Shown in pieces: positions 63,518-64,000 of a DNA stretch of 64,000 nt. The position numbers and the translations under genes were made by a program. This DNA is from Octopus sinensis (lineage: Eukaryota): positions 157,232,001 to 157,296,000 of the forward strand of contig NC_042998.1 in NCBI RefSeq assembly GCF_006345805.1, in the 5' to 3' direction. How positions within the stretch are numbered: position 1 is the stretch's first letter; each line of letters begins with the position of its first letter. The notes beneath the pieces are model-generated. The model was not told the origin of the DNA. It saw only the letters and a program-made list of their open reading frames with translations, and searched no databases.

Positions 63518-64000
63518 CAGTAGTTTTATTTTTATAGCGTGCTTTCACTTCACTACCGAGCGCAGCTCTGTGTGCCTTGGGTATGTGCTGTGATTTGTTG
63601 TGATGCTCTGATGGTTATTGTATGGAAAGTGTTCTGCGTAGGATGTGTGCAGTGCCTAGTAGTGCAATTTTCTGTATGTTATATGTGTTTGTAAGTCCTG
63701 GTGTTTTTGTTATGTATTTGTCTGAATATTTTTTTATCATGCCTAATGCACCTACTATGATAGGAATTGTTTCTGTTTTCAGGTTCCACATTCTAGTTAT
63801 CTCTATTTCCAGGTCTTTGTATTTTGAGAGTTTCTCCATTTCTTTTAGAGACACGTTGTCATCTGCCGGTATTGATACATCAATTAGAAAGCATTTTTTT
63901 TCTTCATGATCTCTGACAACTATATCTGGTCTGTTGGCCTTAATTTCTCTATCTGTGTGTATCGGCATATCCCAGAGTATGGTTGCTTTCTCGTTTTCTG
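63518..64000 (-). mobile_element. R4/Dong-clade non-LTR retrotransposon 3' end (restriction-like endonuclease domain)
   Basis: ORF ending at 63615: ANRPDIVV...FLIDVSIP...EKLSKYKDL...IVGALG...IQKIALLGT (PD-(D/E)xK RLE); short 3' UTR followed by (AAT)n. Confidence 0.9.

Overview
Eukaryotic, AT-rich, microsatellite- and transposon-dense DNA. The SINE families suggest an octopus/cephalopod genome (inference from recalled repeat sequences, not checked). I can name no host gene and found only one candidate exon (62890-63088, minus). Bases 1-12146 are a head-to-tail array of at least three ~5.3-kb Tx1/L1-clade non-LTR retrotransposons; the third copy has essentially intact ORF1 and ORF2. The rest holds Tc1/mariner relics, a decayed Gypsy LTR element, a second tandem pair of Tx1-related ORF1-only elements (one carrying a Helitron), a hAT relic, Penelope-like fragments with hammerhead-ribozyme motifs and inverted repeats, RTE and R4/Dong fragments and many tRNA-derived SINEs. 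Most notable: in both Tx1-type arrays every unit ends in AATAAAGAAAT without poly(A) and is followed by the same 15-17 bp spacer. The spacer differs between the two loci, and at the second locus it matches the host LTR. Non-identical elements therefore appear to have inserted repeatedly at the same nucleotide, re-duplicating the local target site each time.
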